Source: a virus (lineage: Duplodnaviria > Caudoviricetes). Taken from it: a stretch of DNA of 56,641 bases. The first letter of the stretch is position 1. The number at the start of each line of letters is the position of its first letter. Location of the stretch: positions 1-56,641 of the IMG/VR virus record IMGVR_UViG_3300050143_000044; one strand, written 5' to 3'. The notes beneath the pieces are model-generated. The model was given only the letters and a program-made list of their open reading frames with translations. It was not told the origin of the DNA and did no database searches. Positions 47,040 through 56,532 of the stretch are shown here, piece after piece. Made by a program: the position numbers and the translations under genes.

Positions 47040-47040
47040 T

Positions 47041-48540
47041 ATGGGAGTTAGACAGTTTACATTAAATGCTATTGCTTCTGTAATCTTATCAGCAGTGGTT
47101 GTAACAGGTGTCAGCACTGCATCTCAATTGGAATCTGCTATGAGTACAGCAACTTCCTCTTCTGTTATAAGAATTGATGCAAATATCTCAGCAACAGTTC
47201 CAGGAACTGTTTTGAACATCCCAGGTGGTTGTACAATTGAAGAAAGTGCTTCATTTTCACTATCTGGCTATTACTTAAATTGTCAAGCATCAGGTCTCTA
47301 TAGTACCACAAGAATTGGTACAGTACCTAAAAGATTAACAATTGTTAGTCCTACAACAAATGCTACAAATACTGTTCTGGGTACTGTTCATCTAGAGAAT
47401 GGAAAATTTGTTTTAAATGCAAATGTACAAGGAGCAAATGGAGGCGGCAATAAGAACGGTAATCTTGTAAGTTTCTTTACATCTAATAATAACAGAGTTG
47501 AGGCAGATATTTATGGGAATTATCAAACAGCATCAGCGGACTGTGTAGCTATTGATGTAGGTACAAATCCTGTGCCATCTACAAGTTATATGAGAGCCTG
47601 GGGTTGTGTATTCAGGTCACCAGGGACAGGAAGCTCTGATAATTGGTTTACAAATCATGGTAACTGCTCATCATACGCAATTGCTTGTGATTTTGCTAAC
47701 CCTGGAACAACTGGTCCAGGTATTAATAGTGCTCCTGTAAATTCCACTATGGAAATCTATGGTGGTCAGATTGATATGACAGGGTCAGCAGGAACCACAT
47801 CTTCTGACTTATTTCTGACTAGATTAGTTGGAGTAAAAATAATCGGAACATCTTCAAACAATATTAAGTTAGTAGCAGATTCGAATAAAAGTAAACCAAG
47901 TTATGCACTCAGGTGTCAGTCTTCTATTAATATCCTAGCATCTGGTGTACATGCTCTGAGTCCAATTTGGGCAGAAATTGAATTAACAACAGCAGATAAA
48001 TATATTGGTGTAATTAGTTCAGGCACTGATTATGTCGGACCTTCTCTTTGGATGGCAAAGATCAAAGGTACTTGCAACTCAGGATCAACTTCTGTTATCT
48101 GGTTAAAAGGTGATGCTACAATTTACAATCTTACCAGTAACCATACTTCAGTAACAAATTCTGTAGCAGTTAGATATGGCTATTCAAGTACATCCACTGT
48201 AAATATCTATAGAGCTAGTATTAATTCTGCTGGAGCTTTAAATATTGCATTTGCTACAAGAAACGACATGGCAAATACTACAGTCAACATTATTAACAGT
48301 AAAGTAAAAGCTGGTGCTGGTGGTTATACAAATAGTGTCTCTGGTGCAGCATTTAACTTAGTTGGTACAACTCTAACTGATACTGAGCCTACTTCCGCTC
48401 TTACTGGTTGGTTAAATGAATCCCCAGAACTTGCTGCTGATGCAACATGGGTTAAGGTCAAAGCATTTTTAAATACATGTCCTGCACTCCCAGGTGATAC
48501 ATCACTGAGTTATCCCACAAATTCAGATAATTACATTTAA
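47041..48540 (+). CDS. beta-rich virion appendage protein
   Basis: S/T/N/G-rich beta-strand pattern; ATG follows the upstream stop. Confidence 0.6.
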   Translation: MGVRQFTLNAIASVILSAVVVTGVSTASQLESAMSTATSSSVIRIDANISATVPGTVLNIPGGCTIEESASFSLSGYYLNCQASGLYSTTRIGTVPKRLTIVSPTTNATNTVLGTVHLENGKFVLNANVQGANGGGNKNGNLVSFFTSNNNRVEADIYGNYQTASADCVAIDVGTNPVPSTSYMRAWGCVFRSPGTGSSDNWFTNHGNCSSYAIACDFANPGTTGPGINSAPVNSTMEIYGGQIDMTGSAGTTSSDLFLTRLVGVKIIGTSSNNIKLVADSNKSKPSYALRCQSSINILASGVHALSPIWAEIELTTADKYIGVISSGTDYVGPSLWMAKIKGTCNSGSTSVIWLKGDATIYNLTSNHTSVTNSVAVRYGYSSTSTVNIYRASINSAGALNIAFATRNDMANTTVNIINSKVKAGAGGYTNSVSGAAFNLVGTTLTDTEPTSALTGWLNESPELAADATWVKVKAFLNTCPALPGDTSLSYPTNSDNYI

Positions 48541-48548
48541 CACATAAA

Positions 48549-48577
48549 TTGACAATTAACCAAACAGGTGATATAAT
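48549..48577 (+). promoter_or_regulatory. sigma70 promoter of head genes
   Basis: TTGACA-17 nt-TATAAT, perfect consensus. Confidence 0.88.
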
Positions 48578-48610
48578 TAATTTTATATCGCTTGTTTTAA
48601 GGAGATAATA

Positions 48611-49006
48611 TTGAACCCAGAGGATAATACAAAAAGTAAAATCCCAATCCTGAAATCAAATGATCCTTTACTCAAGCAAGTTTTATTTGTAGTAATGCAA
48701 CCTGATGTAGTAGATGCTCATGGTGACATTACTTCAGAAGAAGAAGTTAGAAAAGCTTGTCATAGTTACAATTTGGCTTGCAACAGAGCTAACTTGTTTC
48801 ACCTAGCACAGACAGAAACCTTCTCTACTGTTGAATCCTATATTACACCAGTTGATCTCCAGATTGGAGATAGATTTGTAACTAAAGGTTCTTGGTTAGC
48901 TAACCTTCAGATCCACGATGAAGACCTTTGGTTAGCTATTGAATCAGGTGAAGTTAATGGAGTAAGTATTGGTGCTATGGCTGATACTGAGAAGATTACA
49001 GAATAA
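48611..49006 (+). CDS. XkdF-like prohead serine protease
   Basis: PDVVDAHGD, NLFH, VESY, KGSW, G.SIG. Confidence 0.85.
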   Translation: MNPEDNTKSKIPILKSNDPLLKQVLFVVMQPDVVDAHGDITSEEEVRKACHSYNLACNRANLFHLAQTETFSTVESYITPVDLQIGDRFVTKGSWLANLQIHDEDLWLAIESGEVNGVSIGAMADTEKITE

Positions 49007-49014
49007 GGAAAATA

Positions 49015-50067
49015 ATGTCAGATACAATTAAACCAAAACGCAAGCTAAAGAATATTGACTTCTCAGGTGACACTGCTCATCTTGCTCTTGTAAGCAAAAG
49101 TCAAGGTGGTCCAGCAAATCTTTCACCAAATGCTCTCATCCTGAAATCAGGTGAAGGATCTTCGGAGTTTATCCAGAAGATGCAAAAAGTTAAAGTAACA
49201 ATGGAAATTCCAGAGTTCCTTGAAACCTTCTTCTGTTTGTACGAAGATGATGCTGAAGTACTTGCAGCTATGATGGGTTATACCGAAGGTTCAGGAGAAG
49301 ATGACGCTGGTACTTATTCCAGAGAATCATTCTGGTCTTGGTATCGTGAAACTTACCCAGATCAATCTATTTGGGATCTAACTCCTGAACAAGAAGATGC
49401 AGCTTACCAAGAGTACATCACCGCTCAACTGTCAGGTATCGAAATTATCAAGTCCCTAAAGGGTACAGATAGTCAAGTAAAAGCTTTGACTCAACTTGAT
49501 GAAGATTCTTATCTTTCTTTCGCTATTGCGCAAGAAAAGGTAGAAAAGGCTCTGAAGAATAAAGATTCTGCTGTAGCTAAGTTCAACGAAGAAAAGAAGG
49601 TAGTCCTAAAGGCTGCTAAGACAACTAAAACCAAAGAGGTAAATATGCCAGGAGAAATCCAAGAGGATCTTCAAACTTCTTTCGTAGCCCTGCAAAAGTC
49701 ATTTGAGGATACTCAGACTTCTTACGTTGCGCTACAAAAGTCCTTTGAAGGCCAAAAGGTTGAACTTCAGAAAGCTCAAGAGATTGTAGCAGAACTGAAG
49801 AAGGAAAAACAAGAGCAAGTTGAAAAAGCTCGCTTTGAAGTAATGAAGGCCGCTGTCAAGGATGAAGCTAAGGCTGTTGTTCTTTTCAAAGCTGTCAAGG
49901 ATTCTTCTGATGAAGATTTCCAAGCTGTTGTTAAGTCTCTGACTGAGATTAGCAAGGCTGTAGAACAAAGTGATTTGTTCATTGAAAAGGGTACTTTCGG
50001 AGAAGGTAACCAAGTTGAAGAAGAGTCGGCAGTCGCCAAAATTCTTAAGTCCAAGCAAGTTAAATAA
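49015..50067 (+). CDS. scaffold/head assembly protein
   Basis: HLALV...GGPAN N-terminus, long coiled coil, located before decoration and capsid genes. Confidence 0.7.
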   Translation: MSDTIKPKRKLKNIDFSGDTAHLALVSKSQGGPANLSPNALILKSGEGSSEFIQKMQKVKVTMEIPEFLETFFCLYEDDAEVLAAMMGYTEGSGEDDAGTYSRESFWSWYRETYPDQSIWDLTPEQEDAAYQEYITAQLSGIEIIKSLKGTDSQVKALTQLDEDSYLSFAIAQEKVEKALKNKDSAVAKFNEEKKVVLKAAKTTKTKEVNMPGEIQEDLQTSFVALQKSFEDTQTSYVALQKSFEGQKVELQKAQEIVAELKKEKQEQVEKARFEVMKAAVKDEAKAVVLFKAVKDSSDEDFQAVVKSLTEISKAVEQSDLFIEKGTFGEGNQVEEESAVAKILKSKQVK

Positions 50068-50087
50068 TCAAAATATTGGAGATATAA

Positions 50088-50486
50088 ATGGCACTGCTAT
50101 TCACAGAAAATTATCGTTTTAGCCACCTTGTTAAGGCTGAACTATGGCCCGAAAAGGCTTACTGCCGTACCGTAGCTGTAGCCAACGAAGCTGCTGCTAA
50201 GACCTACGCTGTAGGTACTGTTCTAGGTAAGGTAACTGCTTCAGGTAAGTACAAAATCTGCGTACAGAACGCCGCTGATGGTTCACAAACTCCTGCTGCT
50301 CTGGTTCTAGCTGACTACTCTGTAGCTGCTACAACCGACACCAAGGTTCTGACCCTCACTCGTGGTCCTGCTGGTATCTCTAAGGCTGCTCTAGTTCTAG
50401 ATGCTTCCTTTGGTACTCAACCTCAGAAAGATGCTGCTTACGCTTCTATCGAAGCCCTAGGTATCATGGTTCTGGAAGCTGTCTAA
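50088..50486 (+). CDS. head decoration protein (lambda gpD-like)
   Basis: GTVLGK.TA.GKY...A.DGSQ motif. Confidence 0.85.
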   Translation: MALLFTENYRFSHLVKAELWPEKAYCRTVAVANEAAAKTYAVGTVLGKVTASGKYKICVQNAADGSQTPAALVLADYSVAATTDTKVLTLTRGPAGISKAALVLDASFGTQPQKDAAYASIEALGIMVLEAV

Positions 50487-50534
50487 TTCTTAACAGAATA
50501 GATAATAAATAACATATTAAGAATTGGAAATAAA

Positions 50535-51554
50535 ATGCAAATTCGTTCCTTTGCTAATGGCTTTGAACTAAGTGACTGGACTTCAGAGCTTCAAATCATC
50601 CCTAATACATGGGGTCTAGTTAATTCACTTGGTATTTTCCAAGATGAAGGTATCACAACCTCTACTGTAGTTCTGGAAAGCCGTGAAGGTTCCCTGGGCT
50701 TGCTACAAGACACCGTACGTGGTGCTCGTGTACAAGTAAACAAGGATGATCTATCCAAGATTCGTTCATTCGCTGTTCCTTACTTTACCGACGATGATTA
50801 CCTGACCCCTCTGGATCTGCAAGGTAAGCGCATGTACGGTACTGCTGCCCAACCTGATAACGAAGCTGCTGCTATTGCACGCAAGCTACAACGCATTCGT
50901 CAGAACCACGCGATTACCCAAGAGTTCGCACGTTGCCAAGCTATTACTGCTGGTACTGTCTATGCTCCTAATGGTACTGTTTCTACTGACTTCTATACTG
51001 AATTCGGTGTTACTCGTAAGGTAGTTGGTTTTGACCTTAATACTGCTACTGCTGAAGTTATTGGTAAGTCCGAGCAAGTAATTGCTCATATTCAAGATAA
51101 CGTGCAGAATGGTTCAGTTGTAAACGATGTCATGGTTCTTTGCAGTCCTGAGTTCTTCGCAGCCCTGATCTCTCATGCATCTGTCAAGGAAGCTTATAAG
51201 TACTACACCTCTAATGGTAACCAAGAACCTCTGCGTCAGCGCCTAGGTGCTGGTCTGTATCGTACCTTTGTTCATGGTGGTCTGTCCTTCATTGAATATC
51301 GTGGTTCATACAACGGTACTAAGCTGATCCCCGCTAACGAAGCTTATGCTATCCCTGTTGGTGTAATGGATATGTTCAAGACCTTCTATAGCCCTGCTAA
51401 TAAGTTTGGTTTCGAGAATACCATTGGTGTCCCTGGTTATGTGTTCACTTACCGTGATCCTAAGGGTGAAAAGATTGAAATCGAATCAGAAATCGCTTTC
51501 ATGAACCTGATCAACCGTCCTCAAGCTGTTGTGCGTTGCACTATCGCGGCTTAA
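50535..51554 (+). CDS. major capsid protein (lambda gpE-like)
   Basis: 339 aa, highly biased codons, D.Y.EFG, F.EYRG, RP.A motifs. Confidence 0.92.
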   Translation: MQIRSFANGFELSDWTSELQIIPNTWGLVNSLGIFQDEGITTSTVVLESREGSLGLLQDTVRGARVQVNKDDLSKIRSFAVPYFTDDDYLTPLDLQGKRMYGTAAQPDNEAAAIARKLQRIRQNHAITQEFARCQAITAGTVYAPNGTVSTDFYTEFGVTRKVVGFDLNTATAEVIGKSEQVIAHIQDNVQNGSVVNDVMVLCSPEFFAALISHASVKEAYKYYTSNGNQEPLRQRLGAGLYRTFVHGGLSFIEYRGSYNGTKLIPANEAYAIPVGVMDMFKTFYSPANKFGFENTIGVPGYVFTYRDPKGEKIEIESEIAFMNLINRPQAVVRCTIAA

Positions 51555-51659
51555 TTCTTAATCCGCTCAGTTCGTCGTAGCCTGTTTTCACAGGCTTCTC
51601 TTCACCATTGCTTTGAAGAGAACGACAGAACCTTTCCTCTACTCCGGTAGAGGTTTACC

Positions 51660-51688
51660 AAAGAGTATCTTACTCAGGTATTCTTTGT
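51660..51688 (+). terminator. probable terminator after the capsid gene
   Basis: AAAGAGTATCT/AGGTATTCTTT stem. Confidence 0.55.
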
Positions 51689-51707
51689 TAAAACGAAAGG
51701 ATAACAA

Positions 51708-52166
51708 ATGCCTTATTCAAATAATCCCGGAACTGTACCCAGGGACAAGGTTTATATCGAGTTAGGTTTAACTGATCCTACTCAGAGTTTACTGACAGAT
51801 GAAGAAGTTGATTACTATCTTGAGCGCGCATCGGATGATACTGTAAATGCTTCTGTAGCTGCTGCAAGAATGATCCTATTTAAGCTTGCTCAGATGACTA
51901 GATTCAGAAATGATACTCTAGAAGTATTTGCTTCTGATCAGATGAAACAATGGCAGCAAGCCCTTGAAATGTACATTGCAGCTAATGATCCTGAAAGTTC
52001 AAAGAGAAGTCTAGCCACAGCATTTACAAAAGCAAATGGTTATGCTGGTGGTATTAGTAAAACAGATATCAAAGCTAATGAAGATACTTCTGATAACAAC
52101 TTTGTAAGTAAAGCTAAAGACAAGAATATCTCTGATATCCCAAGCTTTATTGATTTTACTTTCTAA
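51708..52166 (+). CDS. head-tail adaptor
   Basis: LLTDEEVDYYL, YAGGIS; position. Confidence 0.75.
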   Translation: MPYSNNPGTVPRDKVYIELGLTDPTQSLLTDEEVDYYLERASDDTVNASVAAARMILFKLAQMTRFRNDTLEVFASDQMKQWQQALEMYIAANDPESSKRSLATAFTKANGYAGGISKTDIKANEDTSDNNFVSKAKDKNISDIPSFIDFTF

Positions 52167-52175
52167 GGACTTGGT

Positions 52176-52535
52176 ATGTCAGATCCATTCCTAGAAGGTA
52201 ATAGAAACCTAGTTAATCAACTTGGGTTACTCTGCACTTATAAGGTAGTTCAGCAAGGTGCTTACGATGTAGACACAAGCTCTGTTAGCACAACTACCAC
52301 TGAGTATCAAGTAAAAGCTGTTCAAGGTAATCTTAGAAAGTCAGAACAAGAATCACCTAATTTTATTGGTAAGCAATCTTGTGCTTTGTACATTCTACCA
52401 AGTGCTTTATTTGTACCTAAACCTTCTGATTCTGTTGTTTATGATTCAGATAACCTAGAAGTTAAAGTAGTCATCAAGCAAAGGGGTCTACAAGGCTCTG
52501 TAGCGGGCTACAAGCTACTTTGTGTAAAGGGTTGA
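52176..52535 (+). CDS. head closure protein
   Basis: G.YD..T motif; position. Confidence 0.65.
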   Translation: MSDPFLEGNRNLVNQLGLLCTYKVVQQGAYDVDTSSVSTTTTEYQVKAVQGNLRKSEQESPNFIGKQSCALYILPSALFVPKPSDSVVYDSDNLEVKVVIKQRGLQGSVAGYKLLCVKG

Positions 52536-52539
52536 CCTT

Positions 52540-53031
52540 ATGGTTACCTTTGACTCAGAGGACTTCCAGAAGCAGCTACAGGACATTGCTAAGAGGTTTA
52601 GAGAAAAGCTTGAAAAAGGTACAGAAGATTTTATCTACAGAACAGCGGATATCTTAATCCAGAGTACACCTTATGGTGATGACAAGGTTTACCAAAGTCT
52701 TTACCTGAAGCGAGAAAAAGAAACAGGTCTTGCACCTTTTGCTGGTTTCTCCAAAGGTTCTTGGATCATGTCTTTTGATACCCCTGCTTTTGTTGGTGCA
52801 ATTGTTCCTGATAATAAATCAGGTGGCAAATCTCAAGCACGTAACCACGCCATTGCTCATGAATTCCAACTAGGTGACGTTGTGTATATTACCAACTCAG
52901 TACCTTATATTGAGAAGCTTGAGAAGGGTAGTAGTCAACAAGCACCTGAAGGTATCATGGAAATGAGTCTTGGTAAACTGGAAAGACTATACGGTCTGAA
53001 TGTAGCTAAGATCCTTACAGGTCATAAATAA
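52540..53031 (+). CDS. neck/tail completion protein (HK97 gp10-like)
   Basis: TP...GSW...YITN.VPYI..LE.G.SQQAP.G. Confidence 0.8.
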   Translation: MVTFDSEDFQKQLQDIAKRFREKLEKGTEDFIYRTADILIQSTPYGDDKVYQSLYLKREKETGLAPFAGFSKGSWIMSFDTPAFVGAIVPDNKSGGKSQARNHAIAHEFQLGDVVYITNSVPYIEKLEKGSSQQAPEGIMEMSLGKLERLYGLNVAKILTGHK

Positions 53032-53047
53032 GGAATAGGATGTATAG

Positions 53048-53464
53048 ATGCAAGAACTACTAGATATTCGCAAAGCATTTGAAAAATCCCTGAAAGCTCT
53101 TGACCCTGCTTTTCCTACAGCTTATGAAAACACTTCATTTGAACCAGTTAAAGGTCAAGCTTATCAAAAGGTAAAGCTACTTCCTAATCCTCCTGACAAC
53201 CCTACTTATGGTGATTTATTCAGGCGAGAATCAGGAAGTTTTCATATCTACCTTTGCTTTGATGCACATAAAGGTACAAACGATGCTTTTTTGAAAGCAG
53301 GTCAGATTCAGGATTTTTATCACAGAGGTAAAACTCTAACAGAGGGTTCACTAGAAGTTGTAATTCTAGGTACTCCACAGATCGCAGGTGCGATTACAGC
53401 AGATGATAGGTACATTGTTCCTGTCTTAATTGAGTACTACTCAAACATCAATAGATCAATTTAA
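53048..53464 (+). CDS. tail terminator protein
   Basis: AYEN..F.P; position before the tube gene. Confidence 0.7.
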   Translation: MQELLDIRKAFEKSLKALDPAFPTAYENTSFEPVKGQAYQKVKLLPNPPDNPTYGDLFRRESGSFHIYLCFDAHKGTNDAFLKAGQIQDFYHRGKTLTEGSLEVVILGTPQIAGAITADDRYIVPVLIEYYSNINRSI

Positions 53465-53475
53465 CGGAGGATTAT

Positions 53476-54201
53476 TTGTCTTATTTTAAATTGATAAGTA
53501 AATCTGAAGCAACTAACCGTGTTCGGCAAGAGGTCAAGTTAGGTAAACAATTTTATTGCTACGCTTTACTGGACAATGGGATTCCTTTTTATATTGGAAT
53601 TGGCTCAAATCCTAGACGAATTGCAAGCCATGTTCGTAAAGAGGGAGGCAAGAATACCTTCAAAACTAATAAGATACAGAACATTACCTCAGAGGGTAGA
53701 GAACTTCAGTATTCTATAGTTGCATTCTTTCATTCATGGGTTGAAGCATACCATGCTGAGAAATCTCTGATTCTTTTCTATGGTCGTAGAAATGTAAGGT
53801 CCGATGGTATTCTTACTAACTTGACGGATGGCGGAGAAGGCACCCCTGGTTGGGTGGTAACTGATGAAATTAGGAAAGGGATGTCTGAAAGAGCAAAGGG
53901 TAAGGTTCGGAGCGAAGAAGCTAAAAGAAAGACCTCTGAATCTCTAAAAGAATACTACAAACACAACCCTAATCCGAACACCGGTAGAAAATTCTCAGAT
54001 GAGTATAAAAAGAAACTCAGTGACATGAGAAAAGGTGACAAACACCCAGCTTGGGGTAAATTTGGAAAAGATAATCCAAAATATGGTTCAAAAGTTTCTA
54101 AAGAAGCTTTGGAAAACATGAAGAGAGGACAGTCTAATCGTTCTCGCAAGAGTAAGCAAAAGGGTGACTCTATTGAAGATGTTGCCCCGGTCAATGAATA
54201 A
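53476..54201 (+). CDS. free-standing GIY-YIG homing endonuclease with NUMOD3 repeats
   Basis: FYCYAL...PFYIGIG, LTNLTDGGEG, SEEAKRK.S repeats; GGAGG RBS with TTG start. Confidence 0.88.
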   Translation: MSYFKLISKSEATNRVRQEVKLGKQFYCYALLDNGIPFYIGIGSNPRRIASHVRKEGGKNTFKTNKIQNITSEGRELQYSIVAFFHSWVEAYHAEKSLILFYGRRNVRSDGILTNLTDGGEGTPGWVVTDEIRKGMSERAKGKVRSEEAKRKTSESLKEYYKHNPNPNTGRKFSDEYKKKLSDMRKGDKHPAWGKFGKDNPKYGSKVSKEALENMKRGQSNRSRKSKQKGDSIEDVAPVNE

Positions 54202-54238
54202 GACCACCTATTAACAAAGAAACTGAAGAGGTATAATC

Positions 54239-55453
54239 ATGGGAAAAATCGCCGCAGGTGTAAAAAAACGCATTGCATACAAGAAGGAGGGTGCTCTTAC
54301 TTGGGGTGTTCTAGCTGGTCAAACAGGTGGTCAACAACTACGCAGAGTAACTTCGCAATTCAACCTGAAGAAAGCAGTGTACGAATCAGCCGAAATTCGT
54401 ATTGACTATCAAACTGCCGATATGCGACATGGTGTACGCAGTGCTGATGGCTCTTTGTCTGGTGAGCTATCACCTAAGACTTACTCGGATTTCATGGCTT
54501 CGGTTCTAGCCAAGGATTTTGCTGCTGTTACTTCAGCCAGCCCTGGTGCGGTTACTGTAGCTGGTACTGGTCCTACTTATACCGTTACTCGTGCAACTGG
54601 TTCTTGGTTCACTGATGGTGTAAAAGTTGGTACTGTAATTCGATTTACTGGTTTGACTGCTACTGCTGACAACGCTAAGAATCTTCTAATTACTAACTTG
54701 ACTGCTACGGTAGCTACTGTTGTAGTTCTGAATGGTTCTGGTTTGACTGCTGGTGCTACTGCTACCGGTGCAGCTTACACTGTCCCTGGTAAGACTACTT
54801 TTGTACCTTTGACTGGTCATACTGATGACTCCTACACTGTAGAAGAATACTTCACTGATATTCTGCAATCAGAAGTCTACACAGGCATGAAGGTTGGTTC
54901 GGTTGCTGTCAAGCTACCTGCCTCTGGTTTCTCTACGGTAGACATTGCCTTCCAAGGTAAGGATCGTGCTCAGACTGGTACTACTGCTTACTTTACTTCC
55001 CCTGCTGCTCTGGGTTCTAATTCAGTTCTAGCTGCTGTGAACGGTAATCTAGTAGTCAACGGTACTCCTGTAGCTCTATTGACTTCTCTGGATTTCAGCA
55101 TCGCTCGTACTCTAGAAAATGCAGAAGTAGTTGGTTCTAACTCAGTAGCAGATATGTTCACTGGTCGAATTAAGGTAACTGGTAACTTCAGTGCTTACTT
55201 CACTGATGGTACTTTCCGTGATTACTTTGATAATGAAACTACTGTTTCCCTGATCGCTACGATTGCTACTGGTTCTGGTGCTAACGCTGAATTCATCAGC
55301 TTTACCATTCCTAAGATCAAGGTTGGTTCTGCTGACAAGAATGACTCTGAAACGGGTCTGATGACTACTCATAGTTTCACTGCTCTACTGAATGACGTAA
55401 CAGTAAACGGTCTAGAAGCTACTACAATTCAAATTCAAGATTCACAAGCTTAA
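54239..55453 (+). CDS. major tail tube protein
   Basis: S.EIR.D.Q, G.LSGELS; biased codons; followed by terminator and chaperone genes. Confidence 0.88.
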   Translation: MGKIAAGVKKRIAYKKEGALTWGVLAGQTGGQQLRRVTSQFNLKKAVYESAEIRIDYQTADMRHGVRSADGSLSGELSPKTYSDFMASVLAKDFAAVTSASPGAVTVAGTGPTYTVTRATGSWFTDGVKVGTVIRFTGLTATADNAKNLLITNLTATVATVVVLNGSGLTAGATATGAAYTVPGKTTFVPLTGHTDDSYTVEEYFTDILQSEVYTGMKVGSVAVKLPASGFSTVDIAFQGKDRAQTGTTAYFTSPAALGSNSVLAAVNGNLVVNGTPVALLTSLDFSIARTLENAEVVGSNSVADMFTGRIKVTGNFSAYFTDGTFRDYFDNETTVSLIATIATGSGANAEFISFTIPKIKVGSADKNDSETGLMTTHSFTALLNDVTVNGLEATTIQIQDSQA

Positions 55454-55469
55454 TAGCTAGTATCTTGCT

Positions 55470-55505
55470 AAACCTCCTGGATTAACCTCTAGGAGGTTTT
55501 TCTTT
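55470..55505 (+). terminator. intrinsic terminator
   Basis: AAACCTCCT...AGGAGGTTT followed by T-run. Confidence 0.85.
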
Positions 55506-55515
55506 GTCTAACTTC

Positions 55516-55544
55516 TTGACTATTAACTTTTCTTTTGCTATAAT
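55516..55544 (+). promoter_or_regulatory. sigma70 promoter
   Basis: TTGACT-17 nt-TATAAT with TG extension. Confidence 0.85.
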
Positions 55545-55600
55545 CAAACTTAGAGTCGCTATTCAGCGATTGTCTTAAACTAACATCAAAAGGAATTTAT

Positions 55601-56017
55601 ATGGCATTGTTTGACCTAAGCAAGAACAACTTCTCTACCAAGGCAGAAGCAGGTTACGAATTTGAATTGGTTTCTCCTGAAACCTTTGAAGGTACTGGTG
55701 TATTCATCACTGTCCGTGGTGATAATAGTCCTGCTGTAAAGGCTTTCAGTCGTCGCAAGTTCCAAGAGTATCAACAACGCGAAGCTGTAGCAAAGCGCAA
55801 GGGCAAGGAAGTAGATCCCATGACCCTGGATGATGCCGAAGAACTAGCTGTAGAGAATGCAGTAGTCCGAACGATCGGCTGGAAGGGTCTTGGTGACAAG
55901 GGTGTAGAGATTCCCTTTAGCAAAGAAAAGGCCGAAGAAATCTTCAGTACAGTAGGTTACGAATGGATTCGTGAAGCAGTGATTCAGGAGTCTTCAAACC
56001 TGCGCAACTTTCTGTGA
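55601..56017 (+). CDS. tail assembly chaperone (G-like)
   Basis: located between tube and tape measure; ends NFL. Confidence 0.8.
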   Translation: MALFDLSKNNFSTKAEAGYEFELVSPETFEGTGVFITVRGDNSPAVKAFSRRKFQEYQQREAVAKRKGKEVDPMTLDDAEELAVENAVVRTIGWKGLGDKGVEIPFSKEKAEEIFSTVGYEWIREAVIQESSNLRNFL

Positions 56018-56369
56018 AGAAGATATTGAGCTTTGCTTGGCATTTGCAGATAACGAATACACCCTAGCAGAGACTCAAAAAGATGGTTGCTCTTATCGTG
56101 ATCATCTGAAACTAATCGAAGAAAGATCAGGGAAGATTCAAGAAGAGTTGCACTTTGATCCTATTCCTAATTCGTGCTTGCATGTATGGGAATGGTTTCT
56201 GCAACTTGACTCAAGTAGACAATCAGGGATGCAAGCTAATCCGATTAGCTTTTCTGACATACAAGCTTTCTTTCAACTGCATAACGTACAACCGGATGAT
56301 TGGGAAATCAGCCTTATAAAGCAGTTGGATAGAATTGCTCTGAAGCACCATAACAAACCAAGTAAATAG
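56010..56369 (+). CDS. tail assembly chaperone extension (T-like), +1 frame relative to G
   Basis: W.WF.QL...R..G...PISF.DI...E...I..LD motif; no good RBS; frame open across the G stop. Confidence 0.75.
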   Translation, partial: FCEEDIELCLAFADNEYTLAETQKDGCSYRDHLKLIEERSGKIQEELHFDPIPNSCLHVWEWFLQLDSSRQSGMQANPISFSDIQAFFQLHNVQPDDWEISLIKQLDRIALKHHNKPSK

Positions 56370-56440
56370 AATAAATAGATCAGCTAAGAATCTATAATTT
56401 GGTAACATAGATATCAATTAAGCTACCAAAGAGTAGTGTT

Positions 56441-56470
56441 TAGCCCTCTTTTTCGAGGGCTATTCTTTTA
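56441..56470 (+). terminator. intrinsic terminator-like hairpin
   Basis: TAGCCCTC-TTTTTC-GAGGGCTA followed by TTCTTTT. Confidence 0.7.
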
Positions 56471-56532
56471 TGGTTCTTTCGGGAGTCATAAACGAATAGG
56501 AAACTAGTTTGAATAATAACTAAGGAAGAAAT

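Noticed and set aside
46966-47040. GTG start or fusion of the two appendage ORFs
   Set aside because: The TAA-T-ATG junction indicates two coupled genes; no slippery site is evident
53465-54238. Possible intron between the tail terminator and tube genes
   Set aside because: No intron core; both flanking genes are intact
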